Virus record (IMG/VR): IMGVR_UViG_3300028840_000792
Coordinates: 1-51,203 of that record
Strand: one strand, 5' to 3'
Source: a virus
Lineage: Duplodnaviria; Caudoviricetes
Length of the DNA: 51,203 nucleotides
Part shown: positions 1-9,710 of the stretch, piece after piece
How the letters are laid out: each line of letters opens with the position of its first letter
How positions within the stretch are numbered: position 1 is the stretch's first letter
Translations under genes and position numbers: made by a program
Notes under the pieces: generated by a model
Seen by the model: only the letters and a program-made list of their open reading frames with translations
The model's database searches: none
Told to the model about the DNA's origin: nothing

Positions 1-144
1 GAACGATCTTCTTGGGATGTCATGATGAGAACTGATTCTGTCATCACAGGAGTGCCTGTCGGTCTCATTCTTAAAGTAAACGGAGAAGGAACATACAAGC
101 AGTTGGGAAAACCAGATATAACGAGAGACTTAAGCATAGATTCA
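1..144. repeat. Terminal overlap identical to 51060-51203 (circular assembly overlap)
   Basis: GAACGATCTT...GCATAGATTCA occurs at both ends; one ORF reads through the junction in frame. Confidence 0.95.
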
Positions 145-153
145 ACAACATAA
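1..153 (+). CDS. 3' end of the putative neck/tail-terminator protein that starts at 50670
   Basis: Frame 1 is open from base 1 to TAA at 151-153 and continues the ORF from 50670. Confidence 0.8.
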   Translation, partial: ERSSWDVMMRTDSVITGVPVGLILKVNGEGTYKQLGKPDITRDLSIDSTT

Positions 154-168
154 CAAAAGGAGTATATC

Positions 169-1470
169 ATGTCTTTACAGGATATTGTCAATGTCCAAAT
201 CACAAGGGAAACCAAATCTGTAGCAAGAACTGGATTTGGAACTGCTTTGATACTCGGTATCAATAAAGCTTTTTCTCCACTCATTCAGTTCTACTCAGAC
301 ATCGATTCTGTTCTAAACGATTTTCGTTCAACAGACCCTGAAGCTGTTGCTGCAGCTTCTGTATTTTCTCAGAACCCCACTGTCACACAACTTGCCATCG
401 GAAGAAGAAAAACAGGTGACAATTCTGTTGTTACTGTTTCTGATGTAGTGGCTAACACAAACTACTCAGTTACTATCAACGGTACAAAATTCGAAGTAGA
501 CTCTGGTGGTACACCAACTGCTCCGTCAATAGCTGCTCTTCTCGTAGCTGACATCAATGGAGGCTCTGAACCTGTTACTGCTTCAGATAATCTGGATGGT
601 ACCTTCGACCTCGACCCTGATGTAGCAAGCACTTTCTACTCAGTGTTACTGAGTGCTGGTCTGACAATAGCATACACTACTTCTCAGACAATCGCAGAAG
701 ACCTGGCTGACATATCAGAAGCTGATGACACATGGTATGGCTTGGTCTACACATCACGTACTCAGGCTGATGTTGAGGCTGCTGCAGCATACATCGAAAC
801 CAAAAACAAAATCTTCCTTACTTCCAGTGCTGAAGCTGACATTGTGGATACAACTGTTTCAGCTGATACAACTACTGTTGCTGCAAAACTTAGAGCTTCT
901 GCTTATGCCAGGTCAGGAGTAATATATCATCCTGATGCCGCTACAATCTATCCTGAAGCTGCGTTATTCGGTGTTATTCTTCCTCTCGATCCTGGAAGTT
1001 ACACAGGAGCATTTAAGACATTGACTGGAATTGCAGTGACTGTTCTTACTGAAACTCAGAAGACAAATGCTCTGGCAAAGAACTGCAACATTTATCGTGA
1101 AGTTGGTGGTGTCAATATCACCAGAGAAGGTACTGTTGCAGAAGGTGAGTATATCGATACTATTATATTCATCGACTGGATGCAAGCTCGAATGATTGAA
1201 GGTATATATTCAGTCTTAGTTAATCAACCAAAAGTTCCGTACACTGATGCTGGTATAGCAGCTATTGAAGCTGAAATTACTGCTGTACTTCAGTTAGGGA
1301 TTGCACGTGGAGGAATTGCTATCGATCCTCCATTCTCTGTATCAGTTCCGAAAGCAGCTGATGTATCTGCTGCTGATAAAGCAAATCGTGAATTGAATGA
1401 TGTGACATTCCAGGCGACTTTGTCTGGTGCAATTCATGCTGTTACTGTACAGGGACGAGTGACTGTATAA
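169..1470 (+). CDS. Contractile tail sheath protein (DUF3383-like)
   Basis: N-terminal DIVNVQITR and F.QNP..QL.IGR; C-terminal YIDTIIFIDW, KVPYTDAG and GAIHAVTVQG; lies before the tail tube gene; AAGGAG RBS. Confidence 0.9.
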   Translation: MSLQDIVNVQITRETKSVARTGFGTALILGINKAFSPLIQFYSDIDSVLNDFRSTDPEAVAAASVFSQNPTVTQLAIGRRKTGDNSVVTVSDVVANTNYSVTINGTKFEVDSGGTPTAPSIAALLVADINGGSEPVTASDNLDGTFDLDPDVASTFYSVLLSAGLTIAYTTSQTIAEDLADISEADDTWYGLVYTSRTQADVEAAAAYIETKNKIFLTSSAEADIVDTTVSADTTTVAAKLRASAYARSGVIYHPDAATIYPEAALFGVILPLDPGSYTGAFKTLTGIAVTVLTETQKTNALAKNCNIYREVGGVNITREGTVAEGEYIDTIIFIDWMQARMIEGIYSVLVNQPKVPYTDAGIAAIEAEITAVLQLGIARGGIAIDPPFSVSVPKAADVSAADKANRELNDVTFQATLSGAIHAVTVQGRVTV

Positions 1471-1508
1471 CATACACAAAAACATAACTTGAATCAAAGG
1501 AGTAAATC

Positions 1509-1937
1509 ATGCCCGTAAAATCATACGACCCCAAGGAAGTTGTGGTCACCATTGGTGGTGTCCCGATGCAGGGATTTGCTGATGGTACATTCGTTACTAT
1601 CAATAGAATCAGTGACGCATTCACTTCTGTAGCTGGTGCTGATGGAGAAATAGCACGAGCAAAATCAAATGATAAGAGAGGAGAATTGACACTCACTCTT
1701 ATGCAGACATCTCTTTCAAATGATGTTCTGTCAGGAATTGCTGTCATTGATGAAAACACCAATGGCGGTGTAGTACCCGTTATCGTTAAAGACTTGTCAG
1801 GTACTACAACCTATTTTTCCGGTACCGGATGGATAAGGAAAGTTCCTGATTCTGAATTCGGTAAAGAAATCTCAAACAGAGAATGGGTTCTCGAACTTGC
1901 AGATATGGACGTTTTCGTAGGAGGCGTCTTAGTATAA
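1509..1937 (+). CDS. Tail tube protein (DUF3277-like)
   Basis: YDPKEV, GFADGTFV, VAGADGE, LMQTSLSN and REW motifs; follows the sheath gene. Confidence 0.88.
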   Translation: MPVKSYDPKEVVVTIGGVPMQGFADGTFVTINRISDAFTSVAGADGEIARAKSNDKRGELTLTLMQTSLSNDVLSGIAVIDENTNGGVVPVIVKDLSGTTTYFSGTGWIRKVPDSEFGKEISNREWVLELADMDVFVGGVLV

Positions 1938-1971
1938 CACTTGTTTCATTCCACACCACAGGAGGTAAACC

Positions 1972-2448
1972 ATGGGATTAGACACAAAAGAAAAGGAAAT
2001 TGACGGCATGAAGATTGCCGTTACTCAGTTTCCAGCCAGAAGTGGGTTCAAGCTTCAAGCTAAATTAGCTGGAATCTTTGGACCTGTCATTGGAGAAATT
2101 ATAGGAGGTCTTAATATCAAGGGTAAAACCAAGATATCTGAAGCTGACATAGATTTCTCCAAGGTATCAGACGCGTTAAGAGTGTTGTTTGAAAAGCTTG
2201 ATGAAGAAAGAGCTTATGCTCTTGTACTTGAAATTCTTCAGTTTACTAGAGCTGATGGGCATGAAATCAATGACAACACATTCGATCAGCTATTCCCTGG
2301 TAAATATTTAACCGTATATAAGACCGTAGGCTTTACACTGGAGGTGAACTACGGTTCTTTTTTCGGAGGGAGCGGTATTGGACAGGCGTTCAAAAAGATG
2401 ATGACGCAAACGCAGCCGATGCCGCCAGTCGACTCAGTCAAGAAATAA
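1972..2448 (+). CDS. Tail assembly chaperone (G-like)
   Basis: Lies between tube and tape measure genes; contains slippery T TTT TTC at 2358-2364. Confidence 0.8.
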   Translation: MGLDTKEKEIDGMKIAVTQFPARSGFKLQAKLAGIFGPVIGEIIGGLNIKGKTKISEADIDFSKVSDALRVLFEKLDEERAYALVLEILQFTRADGHEINDNTFDQLFPGKYLTVYKTVGFTLEVNYGSFFGGSGIGQAFKKMMTQTQPMPPVDSVKK

Positions 2449-2606
2449 AAGACGAGTATTCAATTTGGAGACTTGTCTTGTCCGATGTAGGACATGTCAC
2501 TTTAACTGAATTGGAATCTACGTGGAGTATTGATGATGTATTAAGAGCAAATGCTGTTCTTGATATGAATGACTACTACGCTAAAAAGACAATGCCTAAG
2601 AAATGA
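2358..2606 (+). CDS. -1 frameshift extension of the tail assembly chaperone (GT-like)
   Basis: The -1 frame is open from the slippery site to TGA 2604-2606, which overlaps the tape measure ATG. It encodes ...IWRLVLSDVGHVTLTELESTWSIDDVLRANAVLDM... and has no start/RBS of its own near its 5' end. Confidence 0.8.
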   Translation, partial: FFRRERYWTGVQKDDDANAADAASRLSQEIKDEYSIWRLVLSDVGHVTLTELESTWSIDDVLRANAVLDMNDYYAKKTMPKK

Positions 2607-4498
2607 TTGTACGTGAATTAACAACTGTTCTTGGATTTGACGTTGAAGAAGAAAAGATAAAACGTCTTGATTCTTTAGTCAGTCTTAGCATGAAGGGTGT
2701 TAGGTTATACACTAGTTCTTTAGAACGAGTTGGTGATGCGATCAAGGGCATAGGTTTTGGGATAACTGGTTTTGTGACTGTTCCATTCTTGTTGATGTCA
2801 CACGCAATGACTAAAGCTGCTTCTGATGCTGAAGAAACAAGAAACAAATTTGATGTAATATTCAGAGACATACGAGATGAAGCACATGCTACAGCTACTT
2901 CATTTGCTGAAGACTTTGGTCTTGCTCAAGACACTTCATTAGACTTATTAGCAGGTACTGCTGATTTAGCTGCTGGTTTTGGTTTCTCTCAAGAGAGAGC
3001 ACTTGAACTTGCTAACCAGACTCAAAGACTTGCTGGTGATTTAGCTTCATTTCAAAATATACAAGGAGGAGTACGTGAGGCAGGTGAACGTTTAACAAGA
3101 GGTATACTTGGTGAGACAGAAAACTTAAAACTTTTAGGTATAGCTGTCAATCAAGGAGACAAAGAATTTCGTGCTCTTGTAAAGTCTATTGCTGCAGCTG
3201 AAGGGCTTACTGAAAGACAAGCTAAAGTAATAGCAATACTTCAAATGGCTTATGAACAATCTGGTAATGCCATTGGAGACTTTCAAAGAACAATGGGAAG
3301 TCTTTCTAACCAGGTCAAGATACTGAGAGAGAATTTCAGGAAACTATTAGTGTCATTCGGTAAGATTCTTATTCCAGTGGCTCTACTCTTGACTAAGATA
3401 ATGAACAAGATGTTGGAAGTTCTTGAAGCTCTTCCTCAACCTCTTAAAGCGATAATACTTGCCTTCACTGCTCTTGTAGCTATAGTAGGTCCTATTTTAA
3501 TTGTTCTTGGTATCATTATTGCCAAGTTCGGTATGTTCATACTCCAATTTATACTGATAAAGAAACTTTTTCTTTTGTTATTTGGGGCAGGTCCACTGAC
3601 AATGATTCTTAAATGGTCTGCTGCCTTAACAAAAGCTGGACTAGGTCTTTCATTAGTAAAAGCTGGAGTCATAGCTATTGTAAAGTTTGTAGGTATACTA
3701 CTATTCAAAATTGTTTTAATAATAGCTGCCATACTTGCTGTTGCTGCTGCAATAGCATTAGTTATTCAAGACTTTAAGATATGGATGGAGGGTGGAGAGT
3801 CAGCCATCGGCATCATACTTGGAGGATTTGAAAGGCTGAGAGAACGAGTATTGTTTGTAGTTAGAACTATAAAGAGAGTATGGAAATCTTTCTGGTTAGC
3901 AATTACTACAGATAGTCGTGAAGCATGGGAAGAATTTAAAAATCAACTCGGTATACTTGGGAAGTCAATTGATAAGTTCGCTTTAATGGCAACAGCTAAG
4001 TTGTCTAAAATAATGGAGAAGGCGCAGCCAATTATTATCCAGGCTCTTACTAACTTAGCAATGATTATTTTAAAATTGTTGACGAGAATTTTTGTCATCA
4101 TTGCTAAGTCAATAGTCAATCTTATAGGATTTATTCTTGAAGATATTGGAAGAGCTGTAAGAGATAAGATAACAAAAGAATTTCCTAAGCTTTCTAAATT
4201 TTTACTCGGTGTTAGAGAAGCTACTAAGAATGCGCCTACTCCGTATACCCCATTCTATAATCCGATGGCAAGACAAAACCCAGAAACTAACTTAGCTGGA
4301 GGTGTTGGGGCAACAAGAAATAAGAATATCGAACAAAACATGAAACTTGAGACTAATGTCAGAATCGATATACCTCAAGGAACACCAGAAGAACAAGAAA
4401 GATTTCTTGAATCGAAGGCACAGTCAGTTGTTGAAAATGCATTAACAAATGCTATTAACCAATCGCTTGAAGCAAACCCGATAAGAGAAGAAGAATGA
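2603..4498 (+). CDS. Tape measure protein
   Basis: N-terminal MIVRELTTVLGF, helical Ala/Leu-rich body with several hydrophobic segments, position after the chaperones. Confidence 0.88.
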   Translation: MIVRELTTVLGFDVEEEKIKRLDSLVSLSMKGVRLYTSSLERVGDAIKGIGFGITGFVTVPFLLMSHAMTKAASDAEETRNKFDVIFRDIRDEAHATATSFAEDFGLAQDTSLDLLAGTADLAAGFGFSQERALELANQTQRLAGDLASFQNIQGGVREAGERLTRGILGETENLKLLGIAVNQGDKEFRALVKSIAAAEGLTERQAKVIAILQMAYEQSGNAIGDFQRTMGSLSNQVKILRENFRKLLVSFGKILIPVALLLTKIMNKMLEVLEALPQPLKAIILAFTALVAIVGPILIVLGIIIAKFGMFILQFILIKKLFLLLFGAGPLTMILKWSAALTKAGLGLSLVKAGVIAIVKFVGILLFKIVLIIAAILAVAAAIALVIQDFKIWMEGGESAIGIILGGFERLRERVLFVVRTIKRVWKSFWLAITTDSREAWEEFKNQLGILGKSIDKFALMATAKLSKIMEKAQPIIIQALTNLAMIILKLLTRIFVIIAKSIVNLIGFILEDIGRAVRDKITKEFPKLSKFLLGVREATKNAPTPYTPFYNPMARQNPETNLAGGVGATRNKNIEQNMKLETNVRIDIPQGTPEEQERFLESKAQSVVENALTNAINQSLEANPIREEE

Positions 4499-5151
4499 CA
4501 ATATCAGTTTTATTTGGTTCTCGTAAGGCTGGAAAAATTGGTGAACTCCAGTTAGATGCTGCTATACGTGAAATACATTCGTATAGAAATGATGTATCTC
4601 GTTTTCCTGTTGAAGAAGGTTCGGATATAACTGACAACATCAGAATTGAGCCTGATGAGATTTCTATAGTTGGTTTCGTTACCAACAGCCCTATTGATGT
4701 TCTTCAAGCAAACAATGCTGAAGTCATTGAAAAAGTTGATGGAGAAGTCGAAGTTAAAAATTTAAAACGAACTGAAGTAATTAATAAAGTTGAACTTGCT
4801 CAGGATATACTTCTTAGAATATCTGGAAGGAAAATTGAAGGAGAGAATCAAGACCCTCAGCTCGTTGATATAGTAACAGGTTTAAGAGTGTACAGACAGA
4901 TGGCTATGCAGACCTTAAGGATACCTCGTGATATATCTGTTGGTCAGGCAATGCGATTTGAAGCTACATTCATTGGAGTTCAAAAAGTTACTAGCGAATC
5001 TGTTGTTATACCTAATCCTACACCACTGGTGTCTGATTTGGCTCAGTCAACAAACAAGAAAGGAAAAAGGACTCCAAGCACATCTAAAACAAGTATATTA
5101 AGGAAAGCAGTTGACGCTGTTGTTGATTTTGGTTCAGCGAAGAGATTCTAA
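4495..5151 (+). CDS. Tail tube initiator / Dit-like baseplate protein
   Basis: LDAAIREIH...FPVEEGSDITD motif typical of the gene after the tape measure gene in this myovirus type. Confidence 0.75.
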   Translation: MTISVLFGSRKAGKIGELQLDAAIREIHSYRNDVSRFPVEEGSDITDNIRIEPDEISIVGFVTNSPIDVLQANNAEVIEKVDGEVEVKNLKRTEVINKVELAQDILLRISGRKIEGENQDPQLVDIVTGLRVYRQMAMQTLRIPRDISVGQAMRFEATFIGVQKVTSESVVIPNPTPLVSDLAQSTNKKGKRTPSTSKTSILRKAVDAVVDFGSAKRF

Positions 5152-5480
5152 TGTCACTAACAATTGATTTTTTTGATTTTGCTAGTTTTTCTCAAGAAAT
5201 AATTCTTGATGGTTCACCATATATATTCAGGTTTGATTGGAACATACGAGAAGAATTCTGGTCTATGTCTGTTTCAAAAATCGATGGGACAAGTATAATC
5301 AATGGAATCAAGCTTGTTTTAGGGTATGATTTATTTGACCAGTACAGAGCACTTGATTTACCTCCAGGGGTGATGATAGCTATTGACACAACTGACCTGA
5401 TTGATAAAATAGACAGGTACAATGTTCTTGATGAGGTTAAGCTTGTGTATTTAACAGAGGAAGAAGTTGACGCAATATAA
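5151..5480 (+). CDS. Small baseplate protein
   Basis: LDG..Y.F.F.WN.R...W and GIKLV.G.DL motifs; gene order. Confidence 0.7.
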   Translation: MSLTIDFFDFASFSQEIILDGSPYIFRFDWNIREEFWSMSVSKIDGTSIINGIKLVLGYDLFDQYRALDLPPGVMIAIDTTDLIDKIDRYNVLDEVKLVYLTEEEVDAI

Positions 5481-6321
5481 GAGACAAGTTTCAGTTGTTA
5501 TTGGAACACCTGGTCAAGAAGCTCTCTTGATTAAACTTCTTCGTGTGGTGTTTAATATACGAAAAGATGACAGTGAAGACCCAAATGATGCAACTATTAC
5601 AATATATAACTTAAGTGAAGAAAGTCGAAATCAAAAAATCGAAACAGGACAACTGGTGTATCTTTCTGCTGGTTATGAAGATGATGAAGGTCTTGATACT
5701 ATTTTTATCGGTAATATATCTAACATAAGTCATTCACTCGTTCCTCCTGATGTTGTTACTACAATAACAGCTAGAGATGGTTCTAAAGATATACTTGAAA
5801 AGAAAATTTCATTGTCGTATAAACCTGGAGTATCTGGAGAATTAATACTGACAAAAATTCTTGAATCATTTTCAATGTCTAGTAATTTTTCTTCAATTCA
5901 ATTTACTGATAAACAATATGCTAACGGTTTTACATTCGCTGGTCCATCATCTAAAGCTCTTACAAAAGTAGCAAGATTTCTTGACTTAAGCTGGTCAATA
6001 CAGGATAATGAAATACGTCTTGTAGAATTCGATGGTAGTGACCAAATCAGGTCTATACTTTTATCACCATCAACAGGATTAATAGGAAGTCCTGAGAAAC
6101 AATTATTTACTGATCGTAAAGCAAAGGGTCTATCAAGTGAAGATAATATACCTGGGTATAGACTATTGACGTTGTTGCAACCAAAGGTAGTACCGAACGG
6201 AAAAGTTGTTATTCAGTCTAAAGAGATACAAGAACAAACTGAATTCACTGTAATGAATATAGCACACAATGGTGACACACATGGTTCAGACTGGAATTCT
6301 GAAATTGAAGTAAAGGAATAA
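5467..6321 (+). CDS. Baseplate hub protein
   Basis: ITIYNLS, LSAGY, WSIQD, TGLIGSP and GDTHG.DW motifs; TTG start. Confidence 0.8.
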   Translation: MTQYKRQVSVVIGTPGQEALLIKLLRVVFNIRKDDSEDPNDATITIYNLSEESRNQKIETGQLVYLSAGYEDDEGLDTIFIGNISNISHSLVPPDVVTTITARDGSKDILEKKISLSYKPGVSGELILTKILESFSMSSNFSSIQFTDKQYANGFTFAGPSSKALTKVARFLDLSWSIQDNEIRLVEFDGSDQIRSILLSPSTGLIGSPEKQLFTDRKAKGLSSEDNIPGYRLLTLLQPKVVPNGKVVIQSKEIQEQTEFTVMNIAHNGDTHGSDWNSEIEVKE

Positions 6322-6980
6322 TGGGAACTAACACTCTAGCACAAGCTATTGTCACGACATTTAAGTCAATGATGGCTGACATACATACCTGTCTTCCTGG
6401 ACGTGTTGAAAAATATGAGTACAAGACTCAGAAAGCTGAAGTGAAACCATTGATTAAGAAAAAGTTTTTGAATGGAGATTCTTTAGATATACCTGTCATT
6501 CCAAATGTACCTGTTGTTTTTCCAAGAACTAAAAAAGCTGGATTCACATTTCCGTTGAACAAAGGAGATGGAGTTCTTTTAGTTTTTTCAGAAAGAAGTC
6601 TTGAAAGATGGCTTTCAAGTGGAGATGATGTTGAACCAGGTGACCCAAGGAAATTTGATTTAACTGATGCAATTGCCATTCCAGGGTTGTTTTCATTTTC
6701 TGATAGTAACATCGCTTCGAATAATAATGATGTTGAGATACATAATGAAGGACAGACAATAACTATTAAAAAGAATGGTGACATTGAAGTCGGTGGTAGC
6801 AGTTTAAAGAAACTAGTCATGGAAGATATGTTGGCTAAATTCAATTCTCATGTTCATACTGCAACATCATTCGGTACAGCTACATCTCCTCCACAGCAAG
6901 GTGCATCTGATGTTCCACCGTATCCTGCTCCAATGGTTTTAGGCAATACTGAATTAACTTCTAAAGTAAAGGCTCAATGA
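6321..6980 (+). CDS. Baseplate central spike (Gp138 N-terminal-like)
   Basis: VPVVFP, FPL.KGD..LLVFSER, FDLTDAIAIPG and a C-terminal HxH (HVH) metal-tip motif. Confidence 0.85.
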   Translation: MGTNTLAQAIVTTFKSMMADIHTCLPGRVEKYEYKTQKAEVKPLIKKKFLNGDSLDIPVIPNVPVVFPRTKKAGFTFPLNKGDGVLLVFSERSLERWLSSGDDVEPGDPRKFDLTDAIAIPGLFSFSDSNIASNNNDVEIHNEGQTITIKKNGDIEVGGSSLKKLVMEDMLAKFNSHVHTATSFGTATSPPQQGASDVPPYPAPMVLGNTELTSKVKAQ

Positions 6981-7342
6981 AAGACTTAGCTCTAGATAAA
7001 GATACTCACGACTTGTATTTCAATTCTAATGATATACATACAGTCGATGATATCGATCAAAATGAACAGCATTTAAAAGTAAGACTTTTGTTTTATTTAC
7101 GAGAATGGTTTCTTGATACTGCAGCAGGTCTTCCATTCTATACCGATATTCTTGTTAAGAATCCAAACGTTCCTGATATTGATAACATTATTAAATCAAA
7201 AATTCTTGACACTCCAGATGTTATCGAGATTCTTGAATTTCAATCTGAATATAACAACACAACACGAGAATACGATGTATCTTTTACAGTCAGATCGAAT
7301 TATGGGACATCTGATTTACAAATAAGTTTGTTTAGCAACTGA
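6977..7342 (+). CDS. Baseplate wedge / sheath initiator (gp25-like)
   Basis: EWFLDT..GLP motif; lies between spike and baseplate J genes. Confidence 0.75.
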   Translation: MKDLALDKDTHDLYFNSNDIHTVDDIDQNEQHLKVRLLFYLREWFLDTAAGLPFYTDILVKNPNVPDIDNIIKSKILDTPDVIEILEFQSEYNNTTREYDVSFTVRSNYGTSDLQISLFSN

Positions 7343-7350
7343 GGACTATT

Positions 7351-9015
7351 ATGACATTTGGAATGGATTCATCAGGATTTACTAAAAAGAAACTTTCAGA
7401 CATTAAGACTAGTCTTGAAGAATCTATTCAGTCTGTCTTCGGTGTTGCTAATGTCGATCCTGAATCTACGTTTGGACAAATAGTCGGTATCTGGGCTGAA
7501 GCTTCTGCTGAATTATGGGATTTGGCTGAGGATGTATATTATTCCCAGTATCCTATTTCAGCTGAAGGTGTAGCACTGGATAATGCTGTTGACTTAACAG
7601 GTATATCACGACTATCTTCTGGAACAGGTTTTGCTACTGTAATACTTGAAGGTGATGAAGGAACTGTTGTTCCTGCTCTTTCTCAGTTTAAACAATCTTC
7701 TACAAACGAATTGTTTGAATCAGAAGCTCCTGTTACTATAACAAAGATTGATGTTCTTCAAATAGTTCTTACTGTAAATAACTTACAAGATTCAGACCCT
7801 TATTCAGCAACTATTGATGGCACATTAAATGAGATACCTGCTTCAGCATATCCTAATGAATTATCTGTATTGACAGCATTAAAGACAGAAATAGACACAA
7901 ACATGCTTGACTATACAACTGTTCTTGATAGTGATGCTGTCACACTGACAGTGTTAATAACAGATAAAAGGACTCCATTCACTTCTGATAAATCTACAGA
8001 CCTTGACATGGAGATATGGACACCTACAATTGTCAATGCTGTTACAGCAGGTGATATATCTATTCCAGCGAATTCAATAGATACTATTGAGACTCCTGTT
8101 TCTGGTCTTAATCAAGTTGATAATCTTCTTTCAGGTGAACCTGGAAGAGCAGTTGAAACTGATGATGAATTAAGAATAAGAAGAAAGCAGTCATTAAGGG
8201 TTGCTGGCGCAGCAACTGTACCAGCAATTGAGTCAAGGATACTTCAAGAAGTTGATGAAGTTGTATCTTCAACTGTTGTTGAAAATAGAACTGATGTGAC
8301 TGACATCGATGGTAGACCACCACATAGTTTTGAAGCGATTGTATCTGGTGGTGCTGACCAGGCTATTGGAAATAAGATATGGGAAGTTAAGCCTGCTGGT
8401 ATACAGACATACGCTGATTTAACTGAAGGTGGTGTTGAAGTTGATGTAATAGATAGTCAGGGTCAGACACAAAAAATATACTTCAGTCGTCCAGTCAGTA
8501 AGTATGTTCATCTTAATGTGGAGATTACTCTATACGATGAAGAACAATTTCCTACTGATGGAATCACTGCAATTAAAAATGCTATCAAGGCATTTGGAGA
8601 TTTGTTTGAACCTGGTGACAACTTAATCACACAGAGATTTTACACGCCGATATATACTGTACCTGGTATATTAGATATACCGACACTTGAATTTGCTGTA
8701 ACTGCTGCACCAGGCGATCCAACAACTCCAATAACAGGAACAACTTCTGCTGTAGCTCTTAACAAACTTATTGATACTGTCGGTACCCCGTTTACAGATT
8801 CTGTTTCTGGTATGATTGTTAAGAATACAACTGATTCACTAATTACATCAGTCAATAGAAAAGATTCTAACACTCAACTTGATATTGTGTCAGATATTTT
8901 TGATGATGTGGGGGATGCATATAGTGTTGGTGGATTTGGTCAAGTAAATGTACCATTAGCTGCCAAAGAATTGGCTTTATTTGATGTAGCACGTATAGCT
9001 GTAGCAATTGTATAG
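7351..9015 (+). CDS. Baseplate J-like wedge protein
   Basis: AEGVALD, GR..ETDDELR.R, ENRTD..D.DGRPPHSFEAIV.GG and KPAGI motifs. Confidence 0.9.
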   Translation: MTFGMDSSGFTKKKLSDIKTSLEESIQSVFGVANVDPESTFGQIVGIWAEASAELWDLAEDVYYSQYPISAEGVALDNAVDLTGISRLSSGTGFATVILEGDEGTVVPALSQFKQSSTNELFESEAPVTITKIDVLQIVLTVNNLQDSDPYSATIDGTLNEIPASAYPNELSVLTALKTEIDTNMLDYTTVLDSDAVTLTVLITDKRTPFTSDKSTDLDMEIWTPTIVNAVTAGDISIPANSIDTIETPVSGLNQVDNLLSGEPGRAVETDDELRIRRKQSLRVAGAATVPAIESRILQEVDEVVSSTVVENRTDVTDIDGRPPHSFEAIVSGGADQAIGNKIWEVKPAGIQTYADLTEGGVEVDVIDSQGQTQKIYFSRPVSKYVHLNVEITLYDEEQFPTDGITAIKNAIKAFGDLFEPGDNLITQRFYTPIYTVPGILDIPTLEFAVTAAPGDPTTPITGTTSAVALNKLIDTVGTPFTDSVSGMIVKNTTDSLITSVNRKDSNTQLDIVSDIFDDVGDAYSVGGFGQVNVPLAAKELALFDVARIAVAIV

Positions 9016-9024
9016 GAGGAGAAA

Positions 9025-9234
9025 TTGACAGATGATATTAAGACAGACATCAACGGGCTTGGTAAACGAATAACTAAAACAGAAATTTGTATGGCTCAAC
9101 TTGAAACTAAGACTGTAAGGAATGAACAAGACATACAGAAAATCTATGACGCAATACAAAAGATACCTGTATGGATTGTTATATCTGTCGCAGTTCCAAC
9201 ACTTCTTTTAGCCTACCAGATATTTTTAAAATGA
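9025..9234 (+). CDS. Small coiled-coil plus C-terminal TM protein (XhlA/holin-like candidate)
   Basis: AGGAG RBS and TTG start; coiled-coil followed by one hydrophobic helix (IPVWIVISVAVPTLLLAYQIF). Confidence 0.55.
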   Translation: MTDDIKTDINGLGKRITKTEICMAQLETKTVRNEQDIQKIYDAIQKIPVWIVISVAVPTLLLAYQIFLK

Positions 9235-9509
9235 AGAAACACAACGAAAAAGACCAGTTAAAATTTATAGCTAATGCTGTGATGTATATCATAGTCAATT
9301 GGCGTAGTCTTCTTATTGTGTGGGGAGTGTTTGCAACTATATGGGCTACAATAGCTACCTTCAGTGTTCAAAGAATTTTTATTCCAGTGGCTAAGCCTAT
9401 TGTAAGACCTATATTTGATAACAGATTTCAGATTAAGATGAAACCATACGAAAATAGGCTTGATACATTGGAATCTAAAATTGACTTAATCTTTAAACCG
9501 ATAGAGTAA
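9231..9509 (+). CDS. Small membrane protein
   Basis: ATGA overlap with the previous gene (ORF track starts it at 9171); hydrophobic segment SLLIVWGVFATIWATIATF. Confidence 0.55.
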   Translation: MKKHNEKDQLKFIANAVMYIIVNWRSLLIVWGVFATIWATIATFSVQRIFIPVAKPIVRPIFDNRFQIKMKPYENRLDTLESKIDLIFKPIE

Positions 9510-9709
9510 TGTCAGATATTAAAGAAATAACTAAAGAAGAAGAATCAATTGTCAGTTATGTAGAATTATACGACGGTCGAACCATCGTGTCTAAGACAGA
9601 TGTAGATTTATCTCATACTTCTATTCAACGTATCAGACATTTTTCAAATCAGAAGTTTTCGATAGGTGAACTTAAAAGAGCATTAGGTCACTCAAAATAT
9701 AGGAAATAA
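9509..9709 (+). CDS. Hypothetical protein
   Basis: TAATG-coupled to the previous gene; fills the gap exactly. Confidence 0.55.
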   Translation: MSDIKEITKEEESIVSYVELYDGRTIVSKTDVDLSHTSIQRIRHFSNQKFSIGELKRALGHSKYRK

Positions 9710-9710
9710 T

